A stretch of DNA of 64,000 bases, taken from a virus. The position numbers were made by a program, and so were the translations under genes. Positions 45,270 through 53,535 of this stretch are shown in pieces. The stretch spans positions 37,807 to 101,806 of IMG/VR virus record IMGVR_UViG_3300045988_161046. One strand, 5' to 3'. Below the pieces are notes generated by a model, which was given only the letters and a program-made list of their open reading frames with translations, was not told the DNA's origin and did not search any database. Positions within the stretch are counted from its first letter, which is position 1, and each line of letters begins with the position of its first letter.

Positions 45270-45368
45270 TTTTTTTGCGTTTCTTTTTTTTATGTTATCC
45301 TGAATATGATTGAAAGAGAGAAGGGTGGCGATATACGCACACCCGCTTTATCTCCTTGTTTCTGAGTG

Positions 45369-45405
45369 TAAAGTTAGGGCTTTTTATGGTTTTGGTGGGG
45401 ACAAA
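45369..45405 (-). promoter_or_regulatory. Class-II promoter (TTTGTCCCC, 25-nt gap, TAACTTTA)
   Basis: Upstream of portal ATG 45269. Confidence 0.45.
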
Positions 45406-45414
45406 GAGGGGAGG

Positions 45415-45446
45415 GGACCAGCGATAGAATCGCTGGGAACGGAGGC
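45415..45446 (+). repeat. Class-A hairpin element copy 6
   Basis: ggaccagcgatagaatcgctgggaacggaggc. Confidence 0.9.
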
Positions 45447-45474
45447 TCCTCTTCTTATTCATAATTAATAATGA

Positions 45475-45567
45475 TCATAAAATCTTTGGCGATGGAGGAG
45501 ATGGCGTTACTGATACCCCCCCCGATTTCTAACCTTTGGGAGTGAGGGTTGGAGTACCAATCACCAT
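45475..45567 (-). pseudogene. degenerate C5-MTase TRD-like cassette c with in-frame TAG and G8 tract
   Basis: Manual translation MVIGTPTLTPKG*KSGGVSVTPSPPSPKIL*; TAG at 45529-45531; C8 at 45516-45523. Confidence 0.35.
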
Positions 45568-45594
45568 CGGCTCTGCCTCTGCTTGCGCAGGTTC

Positions 45595-45777
45595 TTATTC
45601 GTATTGTTGCCATAAAAGATTATCTTTCGTTACGGTGGAAATGCAGTTACTCCAGGGGTAGGAGCTTGGGCGATGATACTTATCCTGATAGCGGCAACCG
45701 CCTCTGTCGCCGTGTATCTTGCGATATGCCTTCGCTTCCTCGGTGCGATAGTGGGTAATGATGGCTTGCTTAATCAT
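45595..45777 (-). CDS. 60-aa protein, paralog of 45944-46120
   Basis: MIKQAIITHY...TKDNLLWQQYE vs MIKILAIHEA...TKDNLLAFRYE; its ATG overlaps the stop of TRD cassette b (ATGATTAA); ORF track gives 45595..45816. Confidence 0.45.
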   Translation of the reverse strand: MIKQAIITHYRTEEAKAYRKIHGDRGGCRYQDKYHRPSSYPWSNCISTVTKDNLLWQQYE

Positions 45778-45934
45778 ACTCCACAAATATTTTGGGATGA
45801 AGTCCACCTCCCCCACATGTATTACAAGCAGGGGCTATGCCTTTTACCGAATACACTCGTTTTGCCAGTTGAAAGCGCTTATCAAAAGGAGGCGTATTCA
45901 GCAAGCCTACTACTATCGTATGTATTTCGTTCAT
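45770..45934 (-). CDS. detached C5-MTase TRD-core mini-ORF b (54 aa)
   Basis: Manual translation ...AKRVYSVKGIAPACNTCGGGGLHPKIFVEYD; resembles the M.HhaI-type TRD core RIYSTRGIAITLSAYGGG. Confidence 0.45.
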   Translation of the reverse strand: MNEIHTIVVGLLNTPPFDKRFQLAKRVYSVKGIAPACNTCGGGGLHPKIFVEYD

Positions 45935-45943
45935 AACTTTTCT

Positions 45944-46120
45944 TTATTCATATCTGAAGGCAAGGAGATTATCCTTCGTGTGGAAGGTACCGATGCACTG
46001 CATCAGGAAGCTGTCACGGAAGAAGATGGCTTTATCACGATAATCGTTGGTGCCAGTCTGCTTGCGTACTTCCTTGGCGTGCTCTGTTCTTGCCTCGTGA
46101 ATGGCTAATATCTTAATCAT
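45944..46120 (-). CDS. 58-aa protein, paralog of 45595-45777
   Basis: Manual translation MIKILAIHEARTEHAKEVRKQTGTNDYRDKAIFFRDSFLMQCIGTFHTKDNLLAFRYE. Confidence 0.4.
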   Translation of the reverse strand: MIKILAIHEARTEHAKEVRKQTGTNDYRDKAIFFRDSFLMQCIGTFHTKDNLLAFRYE

Positions 46121-46206
46121 ATTCTATTAATACAAGGGGTGGCATATCATTAGGGTCATTCTCTTTCTCTTCGGAAGGAGGAATACTGCCTTTATCTATT
46201 ATAACC

Positions 46207-46356
46207 TTATTCATACTCTAATAATATTTTCGGTTTATCAACATCATGCCCTTTGCCCCCCCCACAAAGGCATAGGGCAATACCTTTCGGATGCACGATA
46301 ATGCCATTTTGGGATGGACTATAAGAACCGAGGATAATAGGACGATTACAAATCAT
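46207..46356 (-). CDS. detached C5-MTase TRD-core mini-ORF a (49 aa) containing a G8 tract
   Basis: MICNRPIILGSYSPSQNGIIVHPKGIALCLCGGGKGHDVDKPKILLEYE; its ATG overlaps the MTase TGA (ATGA); C8 at 46256-46263. Confidence 0.45.
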   Translation of the reverse strand: MICNRPIILGSYSPSQNGIIVHPKGIALCLCGGGKGHDVDKPKILLEYE

Positions 46357-47654
46357 TTCTTCTCCAAAAACTGATGATACAAATTATCTAACTTTGGATT
46401 TTGGAACTTGCCGTTCTCTTTCCAGTCATTGAACAGCGGCATGATGATGTCCTCGTGAGCAGAAGAAATCTCCTCCTGCAGTTCTTTTAGAGTGCAATTC
46501 CAAAGATGCGCCTCTTCTATATAAAGAGTGAGGATGGCTTTCAATGCCATTGCATTCTCGTGGCTCGGCTCTATCTCGAACTGATGGAAGACGCAGGTGT
46601 CTTTATCGTTTGCCTGGAGGAATTTGCTGACGGCTTCATCTTTCAGGAAGAACCTTGTATCTACTTCTTCCTGCAACACATCTTCCAGCTTTCTCTTCAG
46701 CGGAATAGGGTCGGGGAACTGGTAATCGAAGGCTACATCTTTTCTCATCGAGAGGCAGAATACTCGGTCGCGGTTCTGCGGAACACCATAGTCTTTGGCA
46801 TTGAGTCTTGCCCATCGGCTTACGTAACCGAGAGATGAGAGCTTATCAAGCCACTTCTGAAAATCGGGCATAAACTTCTCACTTACCAGGGCTGCCACAT
46901 TCTCCTGGAGTAGATACTTCGGTCGCAATACTTCCACGGCATCGGCTACTCGCCACAATAATGCCGAGCGGGTATCGGAACCTTCCTTCAAACCCATCTG
47001 CTTGCCGGCTTGCGATATATCCTGACAAGGTGAGGAATAGGTAAAGAGGTCGATTTCTTGCCCCCCCACATTACGCTTTACCTGTTGCCAGTCGATTTTG
47101 GTTATATCGCCCAAGGCTTTGTCGGCAAACTGCGGAAAGATGAGATTGTGCATCTGACAGGCATACTTATCTATATCGCTCCAGCCTACACACGTCCAGC
47201 GGAAATCAGGGTGCTGCTGGGCGAGGACATCGGCTGCCATCAACTGCGAGTCGTAACCGGAGAAGGTGGTGAGGATAAGTTTCTCGCCATGGTTCTTATC
47301 TACCGGATAGGTAGGGAGTTGGTCTTCTGGGAAGAAATCGGCAAAAAATGAAGTCTGCGCCTCATGCTTCGGTTCTTTCGGGTACCAGAGTTGCTGATAG
47401 ATGGCTGCGAGCACATCTACCACGATGGAGTTACCTGCCTGCTTGTATTGCTGACTGGCTGATACTGCCATATCTTCTGCCTTTCCCTTGCTCTTATAGC
47501 CGGCTACTCGCTCGGCTGCCTGGGCGTTGGTACTTTGCATCGTGCGGATCACATCATCACGCACACCCATCAGTCGAAAACACTCGAAGGGTGTCAGCTT
47601 TCGGATGGCATAAGACTTAATGGTCTTATCCTTGAAATTGAACTTTGTTATCAT
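46353..47654 (-). CDS. DNA cytosine-5 methyltransferase, circularly permuted motif order IX-X-I-IV-VI-VIII
   Basis: IRKLTPFECFRLMGV (IX), QAGNSIVVDV (X), TTFSGYDSQ (I), SSPCQDISQAGK (IV), LLQENVAAL (VI), VPQNRDRVF (VIII), in that order. Confidence 0.85.
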   Translation of the reverse strand: MITKFNFKDKTIKSYAIRKLTPFECFRLMGVRDDVIRTMQSTNAQAAERVAGYKSKGKAEDMAVSASQQYKQAGNSIVVDVLAAIYQQLWYPKEPKHEAQTSFFADFFPEDQLPTYPVDKNHGEKLILTTFSGYDSQLMAADVLAQQHPDFRWTCVGWSDIDKYACQMHNLIFPQFADKALGDITKIDWQQVKRNVGGQEIDLFTYSSPCQDISQAGKQMGLKEGSDTRSALLWRVADAVEVLRPKYLLQENVAALVSEKFMPDFQKWLDKLSSLGYVSRWARLNAKDYGVPQNRDRVFCLSMRKDVAFDYQFPDPIPLKRKLEDVLQEEVDTRFFLKDEAVSKFLQANDKDTCVFHQFEIEPSHENAMALKAILTLYIEEAHLWNCTLKELQEEISSAHEDIIMPLFNDWKENGKFQNPKLDNLYHQFLEKK

Positions 47655-47684
47655 CTTGTTTTGCTCTATAAATCTTTTCTTTGT

Positions 47685-48011
47685 TTATAATTCTACGAAT
47701 ACAAACGGATTGCTGCTGGCTGCCGTGAGTGTATTCACCATTTTACCCCCCCCAACTGTGCGGCTGCGTCTTAGGGCAGAGGTAGGGTAGTTCAAATCGG
47801 CTACACCGGGTGCAGGGCAATCGGTATAGCCTTGCTCTGTAGCCTGACGGATGCGCAGGAATGTTTCTCCTTCTATATCCACGATTTCAAGAAACGGACG
47901 GTCGGAGGTGGAGTATATCCGATAGAGAGAACCATCTGGATAAAAGCCATATCTCTTTCCGTTCAAGATAATCGTTCCTCGCTTGTATTGAGGTTGGTTA
48001 TTGCTACTCAT
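47685..48011 (-). CDS. C5-MTase TRD-like ORF T1, in frame with the downstream MTase across one TAA
   Basis: LRIRQATEQGYTDCPAPGVADLNYPTSALRRSRTVGGGKMVNTLTAAS resembles the ATKKGY...RRGRVG...TLT TRD type; C8 at 47746-47753. Confidence 0.5.
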   Translation of the reverse strand: MSSNNQPQYKRGTIILNGKRYGFYPDGSLYRIYSTSDRPFLEIVDIEGETFLRIRQATEQGYTDCPAPGVADLNYPTSALRRSRTVGGGKMVNTLTAASSNPFVFVEL

Positions 48012-48132
48012 ACTCTATCATTATGCAGTGTGGGCATTTATAATCGGTGGCTCTGAGCGCAGAAGAAAGCTCCCCCCCATTTCTTCCATTCCTGTTTACG
48101 GCTCAAAGGGTGTACAGATGCCTTTACATCTA

Positions 48133-49239
48133 TCATTTGTTCCTCCTCATCTTTTCCATTTCCTCATTCTCTTTCGACAACCTTTCGAGATGTTCGAGAA
48201 CGAGGGAATAAGACTGAGTATTGACCTGATCTTCCGTTAGGCCGACATACTTCTGCATCGTAGCGGTGGTGACGGTGTAGATCTCCATCGGGGTTTGCGG
48301 CTTGGTGTTGTTTGCCTTCTGTACCTTGAACACGTGAGGGTAGCGATGAGCTAGGGTGTGCATGATGCCCGTCCACCAGAAGAGGATGACCTGCCAGTTT
48401 GCCTCTGGGAAATTGACGAAATACTTTGCGTTCTCGGTGAACTGCTTTGACTCGTAATGAAAATCGTATTTCGTGATGCCTGTTGTCGGATCGACGTACT
48501 GGGTGGTGGTGTTGAAGATGGTGGCAAGGAACATGTTTCTGGCGCTAGCTACGCTCTGAGCTTGCGTCTGAAGTTGCTCCTCGATGAACTTATCCATCTG
48601 CTTCATCTTTACCAGGTTATTGCTTAACTTGGTGTAGGTCTGCATCATATCGCTAGCAAAACGGTATTGCTGCCAGGAAAAGCCATCGAGGTCTGTACTC
48701 GGACCGCGGAAGGCTTTGGCACGACGATACCACTTGGCTTTCTGTCCGATGAGCGGATAGGGGAAGAGGGTGAGGAAATTGCCGCTGTCTGCATCCAGCC
48801 AGTCGAGAAGACCTGCGCCCTGAGCGATATACTCAGGGGAGGTTTTATCCTTGGTCTTGGCTTTCGGAGAGAGCCAATAGTTGAGCTGCCAAAGATAGAG
48901 GGGAAAGTGGCTGCCGGACTGCGGACCAGCGATAGAATCGCTGGGAACGGGGGCGCAGAGGGAGAGGAGCTTCTTCAGAAGGCTCTTCTTCTGCGGCTCT
49001 ATGCTTACCAGGTAGTGCTGCTCATTGATAGGCATGCGAGGGTCGGGATAGGCATTGATGCCTATTCCGGCAAAAAGGAAGAAAACGGCTATCTTCACCT
49101 TCTGCATATCGAAGGGGTGATAGCGGTCTGCCTTGGCTATCTGCTCCAGCATGATGAGGGCAATCTGCTCCAGCTGGGTAGGGGTGCATTGGTTCCAGCC
49201 GCGGGGGATGGTGAGGTTTATCTGTTCTTGCATAATCAT
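48133..49239 (-). CDS. hypothetical protein carrying an in-frame Class-A element
   Basis: ORF track; residues ...CAPVPSDSIAGPQ... are encoded by repeat 48923-48955. Confidence 0.55.
   Translation of the reverse strand: MIMQEQINLTIPRGWNQCTPTQLEQIALIMLEQIAKADRYHPFDMQKVKIAVFFLFAGIGINAYPDPRMPINEQHYLVSIEPQKKSLLKKLLSLCAPVPSDSIAGPQSGSHFPLYLWQLNYWLSPKAKTKDKTSPEYIAQGAGLLDWLDADSGNFLTLFPYPLIGQKAKWYRRAKAFRGPSTDLDGFSWQQYRFASDMMQTYTKLSNNLVKMKQMDKFIEEQLQTQAQSVASARNMFLATIFNTTTQYVDPTTGITKYDFHYESKQFTENAKYFVNFPEANWQVILFWWTGIMHTLAHRYPHVFKVQKANNTKPQTPMEIYTVTTATMQKYVGLTEDQVNTQSYSLVLEHLERLSKENEEMEKMRRNK
48923..48955 (+). repeat. Class-A hairpin element copy 7 (inside CDS)
   Basis: ggaccagcgatagaatcgctgggaacgggggcg. 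Confidence 0.9.
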
Positions 49240-49246
49240 TTTTTTT

Positions 49247-49341
49247 AGTGTTGATTGTTGAGTGTTGAATGTTGAATTGCCTCACGGACTCGATGGCGTA
49301 TTCCTAATTCAACATTCAACACTCAACATTCAACACTCAAT
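49247..49341. repeat. Class-C palindrome C3
   Basis: Arms 49247-49278 / 49306-49341; loop contains cctcacggac. Confidence 0.85.
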
Positions 49342-49347
49342 TTACCT

Positions 49348-49902
49348 TTAAAATATGATTTTCTTGCCGCCATTGGCGATGAGGGAGCCGTATTTGATGG
49401 CTTCTAATCTGCGGAGCCAGCCTTTCTCAAATACCTTCTGACTAGGGTGCTTGGCGATGATGCCGGAGATGTATTGCTTGCGGCGTACCTTGATGCGGGC
49501 GAAGAACTGACTAGGGTTCTGGGCGTTGAGGGCAGCGAGGGTCTGCTTGCCTACGATGCCATCGGCTGTTACGCCCAGCATGGCTTGCACGAGGGTGATG
49601 CCTGGAGTACCGCTAGACCATACCCAATCTACCAGAATGTTGGCAATGCTCTGGTCTTTGATGCCATCGGCTTTCCATCGGTTCCAATAACAGCGGCGAA
49701 GGATGGCAGTGAAATCGGCTTTGGTGATAAGCTTTACATCCTTTGCATCGATGCGGCCATCATGGTTCTTGTCATAACCTTGGGTTTGCCAGGTTTTCAG
49801 CGTTACGCCCATGTTGGTAGGGCCGCCCTTGTCGTTGGGGTGGTTTACGTAACCTCCTTCAAAGGAGAGAATGAAATCTGCAAGAGGTTGAATCTTTGCC
49901 AT
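49348..49902 (-). CDS. endolysin, GH108 N-acetylmuramidase with peptidoglycan-binding C-terminal domain
   Basis: ILSFEGGYVNHPNDKGGPTNMGVT is the GH108 signature. Confidence 0.8.
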   Translation of the reverse strand: MAKIQPLADFILSFEGGYVNHPNDKGGPTNMGVTLKTWQTQGYDKNHDGRIDAKDVKLITKADFTAILRRCYWNRWKADGIKDQSIANILVDWVWSSGTPGITLVQAMLGVTADGIVGKQTLAALNAQNPSQFFARIKVRRKQYISGIIAKHPSQKVFEKGWLRRLEAIKYGSLIANGGKKIIF

Positions 49903-49939
49903 ATATTTTCTGTTTTATCGTTTTTATTTCTTCTGAGGG

Positions 49940-49976
49940 CAAAGATAGGGGTTTCTATTTTATTCGAGGGGACAAA
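49940..49976 (-). promoter_or_regulatory. Class-II promoter (TTTGTCCCC, 25-nt gap, TATCTTTG)
   Basis: Upstream of endolysin ATG 49902. Confidence 0.55.
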
Positions 49977-50096
49977 GAAAGCCTCCCTACGACTTTCACA
50001 GTCGCAAAGAGGCTTCAAAAAATGTTATCCCAATCTTTTTACTTTAAAAACTTGCACTCGCTAGTGCGAAATCCATATCACCTATATCAAAACAAA

Positions 50097-50597
50097 CTAC
50101 ATCGTAGCGTGAGCGAACATATAGTCCCATATCTTGGTACAATCGTCTTCTTCGGGTTGCCAGTCTGCATCCTGGAAATAGAAGAGATAAGCTGCCTTGA
50201 TGATTTCATCTTCTGTCATATCGCTGCACAGGTCAGCATACATGGCATTGAAGGCAACATACTTATCCCAATCGTTCACCTTATTATGGAACTTCATGCC
50301 CTTGGTAACATTCGCTATCTGCGATTTGGTCCAGTGTGCGCCGCTTCCTACAAATTCGCCATTCTCACCTTTCTTGTTATACACAAGATGGCAGACATCA
50401 TGGTTGGCCATTTTCTCGCTGTAATGACGGTCATAGAACACTGCGTGCTGATGACGGAGAATGCACCAGTACAATTCCGGATTTGTTTCCTCTAAGGAGG
50501 CGAGGTCGCAGCTCAACTGTTCCATCGCCTCCATCATCTTCTTCTCGGTAGCCACGCCGTGAGCGCGGGCTTGATCTATCAACTGAATATACTTCAT
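50097..50597 (-). CDS. hypothetical protein
   Basis: ORF track. Confidence 0.6.
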   Translation of the reverse strand: MKYIQLIDQARAHGVATEKKMMEAMEQLSCDLASLEETNPELYWCILRHQHAVFYDRHYSEKMANHDVCHLVYNKKGENGEFVGSGAHWTKSQIANVTKGMKFHNKVNDWDKYVAFNAMYADLCSDMTEDEIIKAAYLFYFQDADWQPEEDDCTKIWDYMFAHATM

Positions 50598-50629
50598 CGT
50601 TTCTTACCTTTCCTTTTGTTGGTGGATAG

Positions 50630-51184
50630 TCATGCGATGGCGAATGTTAAAGGAGCATCGCACACGAAAGTCTTGCTACAGGAGCAGCAGGCTACCTTGA
50701 CAAGACGGTTTTTCACGCTGTCAAGAGATGTGGTAACGTTCGTGAAAAGTGAAGCTACCTGCGATTTAAGCACGTCGATGTTGGCGTTGGCAGCGGCATT
50801 GTATGCCATCTGCTCTGCGTTGACCGCCTGTTGCGCATCCTTGTTGGCATCCACTTTGTTTTCGAGCTGGCGAATCTTACCGTCGAGATACTGAGTTACC
50901 TCTACCAACTTCTTGTCGGCATAGTTCTCGCTCTTTGGGATAGCAAGTTCCGTCTTCAATGTAGCGTTCTCCTGCATAAGGTTGGTCTCACCCTTGGTTG
51001 CAAAGCGTGAATCCGAGTCACCTGGGGTGGCTGCCATGCCATTGTTGCCTCTACCGAGGTTGAACAAGGAAGCACCGCCACCCAGTAAACTGGTAGCCAA
51101 ACCTGCGATACCAATTCCAAGGGCGGTATTACCCAATCCCTTGCTGGCAACATCATAGTTGCCATCATTCGTTTTTACCTGCAT
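50630..51184 (-). CDS. hypothetical protein (Gly-rich hydrophobic N-terminal segment, coiled-coil middle)
   Basis: ORF track. Confidence 0.55.
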   Translation of the reverse strand: MQVKTNDGNYDVASKGLGNTALGIGIAGLATSLLGGGASLFNLGRGNNGMAATPGDSDSRFATKGETNLMQENATLKTELAIPKSENYADKKLVEVTQYLDGKIRQLENKVDANKDAQQAVNAEQMAYNAAANANIDVLKSQVASLFTNVTTSLDSVKNRLVKVACCSCSKTFVCDAPLTFAIA

Positions 51185-51463
51185 AGTTTTTTGTGTTTAA
51201 ATTCTTCCAATATCGGAATCGTATGCAAAGGTAATAGGAATGAAGTAAACAGAAAAGCCCCGGTATCTTGCCTTATCTTACTAAGGCGCAATACCGAGGC
51301 TTTGATTTATAGAGTAAATTGCCAATGGAACTCATTGGATAGGGGAGCGATTATTCATCGTTTTCGCCGGGCGTAGAGGTTTCATCATTGACAGATGCTA
51401 CCTGCTTACTCCGCTTAGATGACTGCCGTGAAGCGGAATTGGTATCGCTCTTTTCAGTTCCGC

Positions 51464-52042
51464 TTACGCTCCCCCCGGTGTGCCTGCACCGTTAAGGAGA
51501 GAATCCCAGCCATCTTCTGGTGCGGCAATCTCATAGCGGCCATACATGGTCGGACTGAGAGAACCGCTCAGTGCCACTGTACGGTCATCCTCAGGTTTTT
51601 TGCCCGTGTCTCCCTTAATATTACCGGAGTCGTACTTGAAGTCGTGCTGCTTGTCATAAACGATGATAGATTTATCACCATCCTCAATGATGTAACCACA
51701 CTTGAGGTTATTGAGACCACGAGCCACAAAAGCAGTGGGGGCGTTTACGCTCTCAAGAACGTAGTCCAAGGTCTGCTTGAAACCCTTCTTGAAACCGAGG
51801 TTCTCCCAGGTGTGACCCTGACCGCCATCCTGGCACTCAAACTTGTAGAGACCCTTACCTGGCTTGAAGGACGCACGAGTCAGCGCTGCATAGGTGTTCT
51901 TACCTGCCTCTGGTGAGAGAGGGGCAGCAAGATCACTCTTGATAAAGACATATACGTTTACGCCAAGACCGCCGAAGTTTTCCAAGCAATCGTTCTCGGA
52001 AAGCAGATCCTTGATCTCTGGGCATGTTACTGTTTCTGCCAT
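51464..52042 (-). CDS. hypothetical virion protein (follows capsid gene)
   Basis: ORF track; synteny only. Confidence 0.55.
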   Translation of the reverse strand: MAETVTCPEIKDLLSENDCLENFGGLGVNVYVFIKSDLAAPLSPEAGKNTYAALTRASFKPGKGLYKFECQDGGQGHTWENLGFKKGFKQTLDYVLESVNAPTAFVARGLNNLKCGYIIEDGDKSIIVYDKQHDFKYDSGNIKGDTGKKPEDDRTVALSGSLSPTMYGRYEIAAPEDGWDSLLNGAGTPGGA

Positions 52043-52150
52043 AATTGTATCTTTTTTGATGATTAAACGAAATGGCGGCGGAAGCCATATTCCGCCAGGT
52101 CAGGCGACCGCCGCCGAGGATTTATAGAGGGAATACCTTTTCTGCCTGTT

Positions 52151-52182
52151 GGACCAGTGATGGAATCGCTGGGGACGGGGGC
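52151..52182 (+). repeat. Class-A hairpin element copy 8
   Basis: ggaccagtgatggaatcgctggggacgggggc, starting 10 nt after the capsid gene stop. Confidence 0.85.
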
Positions 52183-52191
52183 AGGAGAGGG

Positions 52192-53484
52192 CTAACCCTG
52201 CTTCTTGAAGAAGGCGGTGAAGCCCTGGCTCATGCCCGTTGCAGCGAACTGGATCTTCTTCACCTTGCTGCCGGTGCTCCAGTGGTCGAAGATGTAGCTG
52301 GTACCATCTACTGCCTCAAGAGTAACAATAGCGTTAGGAGTTGTCTCCACTGGCTTAGTGTAATCAGCATCGTTCACCTTCACATGACCATCAATCTCTC
52401 CCTCTGCGCTAGCTACGGTCTTGGCAAGAGTAACGGTAATGTTAGACTCGGTGTAGTCGCCTGAAACGAACTCTGCGCTTTCGAGGGCACCGTCTGTCAT
52501 TGCGAAGGCCCAAGAGAATGGATTCTCTACATAACAGCCCTGAATACTTTGTGCCTGAATAGTGATGTCTCTCAGGTCGTCTGGACTGCCTTCACCAATC
52601 ATAACCCTAGTGTCGTTACCCTCAGAATCTACTGCGTAAACAAGGTTGTTTTCGATAGAGAAGAGGATGCGATCACCGACACCCAAGCCCTCAACTGGAA
52701 CGATGGTACACTTAGGAAGCTCTGGGATAACGTAATTACCGCCATCTACCACATTGAGCTTATGAGTGCCGTATGACTGGAGTGCGTAAGCATCAGAGAT
52801 AGCGATGGCTGTCTCAGGAGTCATGTAAGCGAGAACCTTCTGACGACGCATGCGTGGGTCCAGTTTCATGTAAACATCACGGAAGATCTTGTATGCAGAG
52901 CTGTCTGTTGCATCAGCTGGTGCAGAGATAGCTTCGCAGTGAATGAGGTTGTGGTTAGCCTCGCTGATAAGACCGTCCTCAATATCGTGCTTAATACCGG
53001 TAAGGAAGCCATCATAGAGAGCCATAGACTTCTCCAGATTTGAAGCGCCAGGAACGTCTCTATCAATGTCACCCCACCAGAGGTTGTTGTAAAGGTCGTC
53101 GGCGTAAGTCTTCAATACCGCTTCGATAGCTACGGTAGAAAGAGGATAAGCGCCATGTGAGTCTGTACCAAGGTTTGTCTCACAATAGCGGTCTATGTTA
53201 TCGGTACCGTGGAACCAAGCGAGCTTGGCTGTCAACTTACGTTCCTTGAGGAAACCGATTTCACTGTTCAACTTAGGATTTACATCCTTACGGCGAGTAG
53301 TACCACCCTTACGGATAAATACATTAATAGTGCGCTGATACTGGATGCCGCTGATAGTCTTGATGCCAAGACGCTTCATCTCCTCAGGGTTAGCGTAAGA
53401 TGGACCCTGAACAACGCTCTTGAATACCTGGTTAGCGACCTCTCTAAGGGCGCTGATACCAATAAAGTTGTTTGGTATTGCCAT
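52192..53484 (-). CDS. major capsid protein candidate
   Basis: 430 aa ORF immediately downstream of the protease-scaffold gene; call from synteny and size only. Confidence 0.5.
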   Translation of the reverse strand: MAIPNNFIGISALREVANQVFKSVVQGPSYANPEEMKRLGIKTISGIQYQRTINVFIRKGGTTRRKDVNPKLNSEIGFLKERKLTAKLAWFHGTDNIDRYCETNLGTDSHGAYPLSTVAIEAVLKTYADDLYNNLWWGDIDRDVPGASNLEKSMALYDGFLTGIKHDIEDGLISEANHNLIHCEAISAPADATDSSAYKIFRDVYMKLDPRMRRQKVLAYMTPETAIAISDAYALQSYGTHKLNVVDGGNYVIPELPKCTIVPVEGLGVGDRILFSIENNLVYAVDSEGNDTRVMIGEGSPDDLRDITIQAQSIQGCYVENPFSWAFAMTDGALESAEFVSGDYTESNITVTLAKTVASAEGEIDGHVKVNDADYTKPVETTPNAIVTLEAVDGTSYIFDHWSTGSKVKKIQFAATGMSQGFTAFFKKQG

Positions 53485-53535
53485 AATTAAAATTCAAATT
53501 TTGCTTATTTATGTATGTGATTTAAATTTCAAAAA

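Noticed and set aside
48133-49239. FFLFAGIGINAY as C5-MTase motif I, which would make this the missing N-terminal half of a linear MTase ending in T1
   Set aside because: No PCQ, ENV or QxRxR motifs follow, so the similarity is probably coincidental.
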